From Thermaceae bacterium (GTDB lineage Bacteria; Deinococcota; Deinococci; Deinococcales; Marinithermaceae): DNA of 26,755 bases. The position numbers and the translations under genes are program-made. The DNA lies in the NCBI GenBank assembly GCA_026989475.1, contig JALSJG010000063.1:1-26755 (forward strand), in the 5' to 3' direction. Under the pieces are notes generated by a model. That model saw nothing but the letters and a program-made list of their open reading frames with translations. It was not told where the DNA came from and ran no database searches. Each line of letters opens with the position of its first letter. Within the stretch, counting starts at the first letter, position 1. Below are positions 23,002 through 26,755 of the stretch, piece by piece.

Positions 23002-25038
23002 TCAGGCCTTGAGCGCGCCGATGCGGCGTTTTTCATCCTCCAGCGCCTCGGCGACCAGCTCGGCGAGGTCCCGGACCTCGGGCGCCCCCTCACCGTCTTG
23101 GGCCGCCTCGTCCTCGAACATGCGCATGCAGAAGGGGCAAGCGGTGGCGATGATCCGAGCACCCGTGCCCTTGAGCTCCCGGTAGCGGTTTTCCGAGATC
23201 CGCATCTTGCCGGGGCTCTCCTCCTTCCAAAACTGCGCGCCACCGGCGCCACAGCAAAAACTCCCCGCCCGGGTGCGCTCGGGCTCGGCCAGGCTAAAGC
23301 CCACCTCGGCCACCAGGTTGCGGGGCGGCTCGTAGACGCCGTTATGCCGGCCGAGGTAGCAGGGGTCGTGGTAGGTCGCCTTGCCCTCGAGCACCGGGAA
23401 GACCGGCAGTTTTCCCTCCTCGATGAGTTCCTGGATGAACTCGGTGTGATGCTTCACCGTGTAGCTTCCCCCGAACTCGGGGTACTCGTTCTTGATCGTG
23501 TGGTAACAGTGCGGGCAGGTGGTGACGATCACCCTGGGATTCGCCGCGTTCAGCTTCTCGACGTTCTCGGTGGCGAGCTGGAAGAAGAGGTACTCGTTCC
23601 CGGCGCGCCGGGCCGAGTCGCCGCTGCACTTTTCCTCTTTTCCGAGCACCGCCCAGCGGACCCCGGTCGCGTCCAGGATGGTCGCCATCGCCCGGGCGAT
23701 CTTCTGGGCCCGAGGGTCGTAGCTGGCGGCGCAGCCCAGCCAGTAGAGCACGTCGGGATCCGGAACCTCGGCGACGGTGGGCACCTTGAAGGGAAGCCCC
23801 TCGGCCCAGTCCATGCGCTTTTCCGCCGCGAGGCCCCAGGGGTTCCCCGAGCGCTCCATACCCCGGAACGCGTTTTGCAGCTCGGAGGGGAACTCCCCCT
23901 CCATCAAGACCCGCTCCCGGCGCAGGTCGGTGATGTGGAGCATGGGCTCGTTGCCGACCGGGCAGACCTCCACGCAGGCCAGACAGGTGGTGCAGGACCA
24001 GAGCGCCTCCTCATTGATGGCGAACTCCATGAGGGGCCTCGGGCTTTCCTTCCCCGCCGCGAACTCGGGAAGGATGTCATTGAGCTCGTACCGCTCGCTG
24101 ATGATGAGGGCGGAAGGCGATAGCGGTTTTCCAGTGGCGTAGGCAGGGCAGACCTCCTGGCATCGGTTACACATGATGCAGGCATAGGGATCTAGAAGGC
24201 GCGGCCAGGTGAAGTCCTCCAGCTTCCTTACCCCGAAAACCTCGGCGGCTTCGTCCTCGAAGTCGATGGGGGAAAGCGCCCCGGGCACCTCCTTTTGGAA
24301 GGTCAGCTTGATCCCGGAGATCATCAGGTGGATGTGCTTGGAGCGCGGGAAGTACGGAATGAAGGCGAGGATCGAGCCGAGCGCGCCCCACCAGAAAAGG
24401 TGCTCGAAAAAGACCTGCCCCGCGGGTGAAAGACCGGCGAAAAGGGCGCTCGCGGCGCTCGCCACCGGCTGGAAGGGGTCAGGCCCTGCATGGGCGAGCT
24501 GGGCGGCCTTGGCAAGCAGCCTGGAGGAAACGTGGAAGAAGATGAAGGCCCCGACGATCGCCGAGTCCCGCTGGATCCCGGCCCGGGCCTTCTCGTGCAA
24601 GGGAACGTGGGGCCCCACAAAGAGCTCGGAGGGGCGGACCAGGTAGCGCCGGACCATCAGCGCCACAATGCCGATGAGCACCGAGGCAGAAAGGAGGTCG
24701 GCGAGGAGGTTGTGGACGTTCCAGAGCCCGCCCCGGGTCTCGAGCGGAAAAAATCCCTCGAGCACGTCCACCAGGTTGACCAGCAGGTAGTAGACGAAGC
24801 CATAGAAGACGAGGGCGTGGAAGAAGGAGGCCAGCGGGCGGCTGCGAAACACGGTCTGCTGGGTGAGGACCAGCCAAAGCGCCCGCCCCACCCGTTCCGG
24901 CAAGCGGTCGAAGCGATCCTCCGGCCTCCCCCGGCGCCAGGCGAGGTAGATACGGTAAAAGCCCAGGCCGCCGTAATAAAAGCTCAAGGCGGCGGCAACG
25001 AGGAAGAGGAGTTTCTCAACCGGCGTGAGCATGGCCAC
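23002..25038 (-). CDS. Membrane-bound (Fe-S)-binding oxidoreductase with 2x[4Fe-4S] and two CCG domains (HdrD/FadF/GlpC-like)
   Basis: N-terminal TM block; CIMCNRCQEVCP and CTTCLACVEVCP; GCAAS, KCSGD, TTCPHC, YHDPC, FCCGAGG, TACPFC. Start may be ATG 25032. Confidence 0.93.
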   Translation of the reverse strand: MAMLTPVEKLLFLVAAALSFYYGGLGFYRIYLAWRRGRPEDRFDRLPERVGRALWLVLTQQTVFRSRPLASFFHALVFYGFVYYLLVNLVDVLEGFFPLETRGGLWNVHNLLADLLSASVLIGIVALMVRRYLVRPSELFVGPHVPLHEKARAGIQRDSAIVGAFIFFHVSSRLLAKAAQLAHAGPDPFQPVASAASALFAGLSPAGQVFFEHLFWWGALGSILAFIPYFPRSKHIHLMISGIKLTFQKEVPGALSPIDFEDEAAEVFGVRKLEDFTWPRLLDPYACIMCNRCQEVCPAYATGKPLSPSALIISERYELNDILPEFAAGKESPRPLMEFAINEEALWSCTTCLACVEVCPVGNEPMLHITDLRRERVLMEGEFPSELQNAFRGMERSGNPWGLAAEKRMDWAEGLPFKVPTVAEVPDPDVLYWLGCAASYDPRAQKIARAMATILDATGVRWAVLGKEEKCSGDSARRAGNEYLFFQLATENVEKLNAANPRVIVTTCPHCYHTIKNEYPEFGGSYTVKHHTEFIQELIEEGKLPVFPVLEGKATYHDPCYLGRHNGVYEPPRNLVAEVGFSLAEPERTRAGSFCCGAGGAQFWKEESPGKMRISENRYRELKGTGARIIATACPFCMRMFEDEAAQDGEGAPEVRDLAELVAEALEDEKRRIGALKA

Positions 25039-25087
25039 CCCCAGAGTTCCTACGCTCCGTCAAATATTACCCCGCAACCTACCTGAC

Positions 25088-25570
25088 CTAGAAGAAGTGG
25101 AAGCTCGCCCAGGCCACGAAGGCACCGAGCATGGCACCCACCAGAACCTCCAGGTAGCTGTGCCCGAGGAGCTCCTTCAAAGGCCCCGGGGCAAAGCCCT
25201 TTTGCAAAACGTCCTGGAGTTCCCGTACGAGCTGGTTCAAAAGCTCCGCCTGCTGGCCCGCGTGGCGACGGATCCCGGTGGCGTCGTACATCACCACCAG
25301 GGCGAAGATCGCCGCCACGGCAAAAAGGGGACTGTCCCAGCCCTCTGCAAAGGCCACCGATACCGCGAGCGCGCTCACCGTGGCGGAGTGGGTCGAGGGC
25401 ATCCCGCCGGTGTCCAGAAGACGCCTGAAATCCCACCGACGGTAGAGGGCATAATCCAGTAAGATCTTGAGCACCTGGGCTACCATGTTGGCCGCCACCG
25501 CCGTCCAGAAGACCTGGTTGCGCACCAAACCCGCGTCCCACTTGGTAGGGAGCTCGTCCGGCAGCGTCAC
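25088..25570 (-). CDS. Divergent PAP2-family membrane protein (DUF212)
   Basis: GGMPSTHSA, VMYDA.GIRR.AG, LKELLGH..LEV..GA motifs; GTGA overlap with folD. Confidence 0.92.
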   Translation of the reverse strand: MTLPDELPTKWDAGLVRNQVFWTAVAANMVAQVLKILLDYALYRRWDFRRLLDTGGMPSTHSATVSALAVSVAFAEGWDSPLFAVAAIFALVVMYDATGIRRHAGQQAELLNQLVRELQDVLQKGFAPGPLKELLGHSYLEVLVGAMLGAFVAWASFHFF

Positions 25571-26412
25571 GCACCCCTCCTACGCCTGGCCGCCCGTAGG
25601 GTATTCGCCATCAACATGGCGACGGTCATCGGCCCCACCCCACCGGGGACGGGGGTGAGCGCCCCGGCCACCTCGGCCACCCCCGGGTCCGCGTCGCCGA
25701 GGAGCCGATCCCCGACGCGGGTAATGCCAACGTCCACCACCACCGCTCCCGGCCGCACCATCCCCGACTTAAGGTAGCCCGGCCGGCCCACCGCCGAGAC
25801 CAGGATCTCGGCCTCCCGGGTGAGCCCGGGGAGGTCCCGGGTGCGGGAATGCGCCACGCTCACGGTGGCATCGGCGAAGAGCAGCATGGCGGTCATGGGT
25901 TTTCCCACGATGTTGCTCCGGCCCACCACCACCGCCCGCCTACCCTCTACCTCGATTCCGTAGTGATCGAGGAGGCGCATGATCCCGGACGGGGTGCAGG
26001 GATCGAGGCCCACCCCGGGCCCTTGCGACCAGAGCCGGCCCACGTTCAGGGGATGAAAGCCGTCCACGTCCTTGGCCGGGTCGATGTGCTCGAGCACCCG
26101 CTCACTCCGGATCCCCGCCGGCAGGGGGAGCTGGACCAGGATCCCGTCCACCTCGGGGTCCGCGTTCAAGCGGTCGAGCAGGGCAAAAAGCTCGGCCTCC
26201 TCGGTCCCCTCGGGCAGGGCGTGCACCTGACTATGGATCCCGAGCGCCCGCGCTTTTTTGGCCTTCAGGCGCACGTAGGCCACCGAAGCGGGGTCCTCCC
26301 CCACCAGGATCACGTGAAGCGAGGGGGTAAAGGAAAGCCGCGCCAGCTCAGCGCGGAGCTCGGCGTAGACCAACTCGGCTACCGGCTTGCCATAAAGCAG
26401 CCGCGCCGGCAC
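25567..26412 (-). CDS. folD: Bifunctional methylenetetrahydrofolate dehydrogenase/cyclohydrolase
   Basis: YVRLK, DGILVQLPLP, KDVDGFHP, PCTP, VVGRSNIVGKP, TPVPGGVGPMT. Confidence 0.98.
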   Translation of the reverse strand: MPARLLYGKPVAELVYAELRAELARLSFTPSLHVILVGEDPASVAYVRLKAKKARALGIHSQVHALPEGTEEAELFALLDRLNADPEVDGILVQLPLPAGIRSERVLEHIDPAKDVDGFHPLNVGRLWSQGPGVGLDPCTPSGIMRLLDHYGIEVEGRRAVVVGRSNIVGKPMTAMLLFADATVSVAHSRTRDLPGLTREAEILVSAVGRPGYLKSGMVRPGAVVVDVGITRVGDRLLGDADPGVAEVAGALTPVPGGVGPMTVAMLMANTLRAARRRRGA

Positions 26413-26413
26413 G

Positions 26414-26755
26414 CTAGCCCTCCCTGGGGGCAGCAGCGAGCTCGCCGGCCTCGATCCGCCGCACCAGCCGGGAGAGCACGCCGTTCACGAACCGCCCCGA
26501 GTCCTCGCCCCCATAGCGCTTGGCAATCTTCACCGCGACCTCGATCAAGGGGGCGAACGGCGTGGGCTCGAAGAGCGCCTCAAAGGTGGCGAGGCGGAGC
26601 ACGGTAAGATCGGTCTGGTTCATCTGCTCAAAGCTCCAGCCCTCGATCGTCTCACGGAGGACCCGATCCACCTCCTCCTGGCGGTCCAAATAACCCTTCA
26701 CCAACCGACGGGCAAAAGCGAGGGTCTCCTCGTCGGGAGGGTCGGGCTCGAGCTC
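26414..26755 (-). CDS. nusB: Transcription antitermination factor NusB (5' end outside the window)
   Basis: D..LRLATFE..., IEVAVKIAKRYGGEDSGRFVNGVL; the frame stays open to the right edge. Confidence 0.95.
   Translation of the reverse strand, partial: ELEPDPPDEETLAFARRLVKGYLDRQEEVDRVLRETIEGWSFEQMNQTDLTVLRLATFEALFEPTPFAPLIEVAVKIAKRYGGEDSGRFVNGVLSRLVRRIEAGELAAAPREG

Noticed and set aside
1-26755. Very frequent GAGCTC/CTCGAG hexamers suggesting a repeat array or CRISPR
   Set aside because: They lie in coding frames as Glu-Leu/Leu-Glu codon pairs (GAG CTC); there is no regular repeat-spacer structure.

Overview
GC-rich chromosomal window, most consistent with a Deinococcota (Thermaceae-like) organism. 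This is inferred from a Thermus-type cytochrome c552, a DUF3197-like gene and many -10 boxes sitting directly against start codons. It is mostly housekeeping or semi-accessory DNA, with no integrase, transposase or CRISPR array seen. Left to right: a partial secreted-protein gene missing from the ORF track; a NarL-type two-component pair; ftsX-envC-like; a cytochrome c + OmpR/BaeS-type operon; a broken YbhB/YbcL gene; hpf and ftsE, divergent from an S41 protease; DUF3197-like, DMT transporter and DUF4139-like genes; a five-gene Opp/Dpp-type ABC transporter; secG behind tRNA-Leu(CAA); a thiol/sulfur block (GGT family, rhodanese-TlpA fusion lipoprotein, two-CxxC protein disulfide oxidoreductase, C-N hydrolase, DUF59/SufT-like, CCG-domain Fe-S oxidoreductase); and DUF212-folD-nusB. 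The most unusual observations are the rhodanese-thioredoxin fusion lipoprotein coupled to a GGT, a promoter embedded in a 15-bp terminator-like hairpin, a cytochrome c with a Cys/His tail heading a two-component operon with tandem boxes, a membrane insertion in the OppC-like permease, and several operator-like palindromes. All family calls come from motif recognition by eye; no database search was run.
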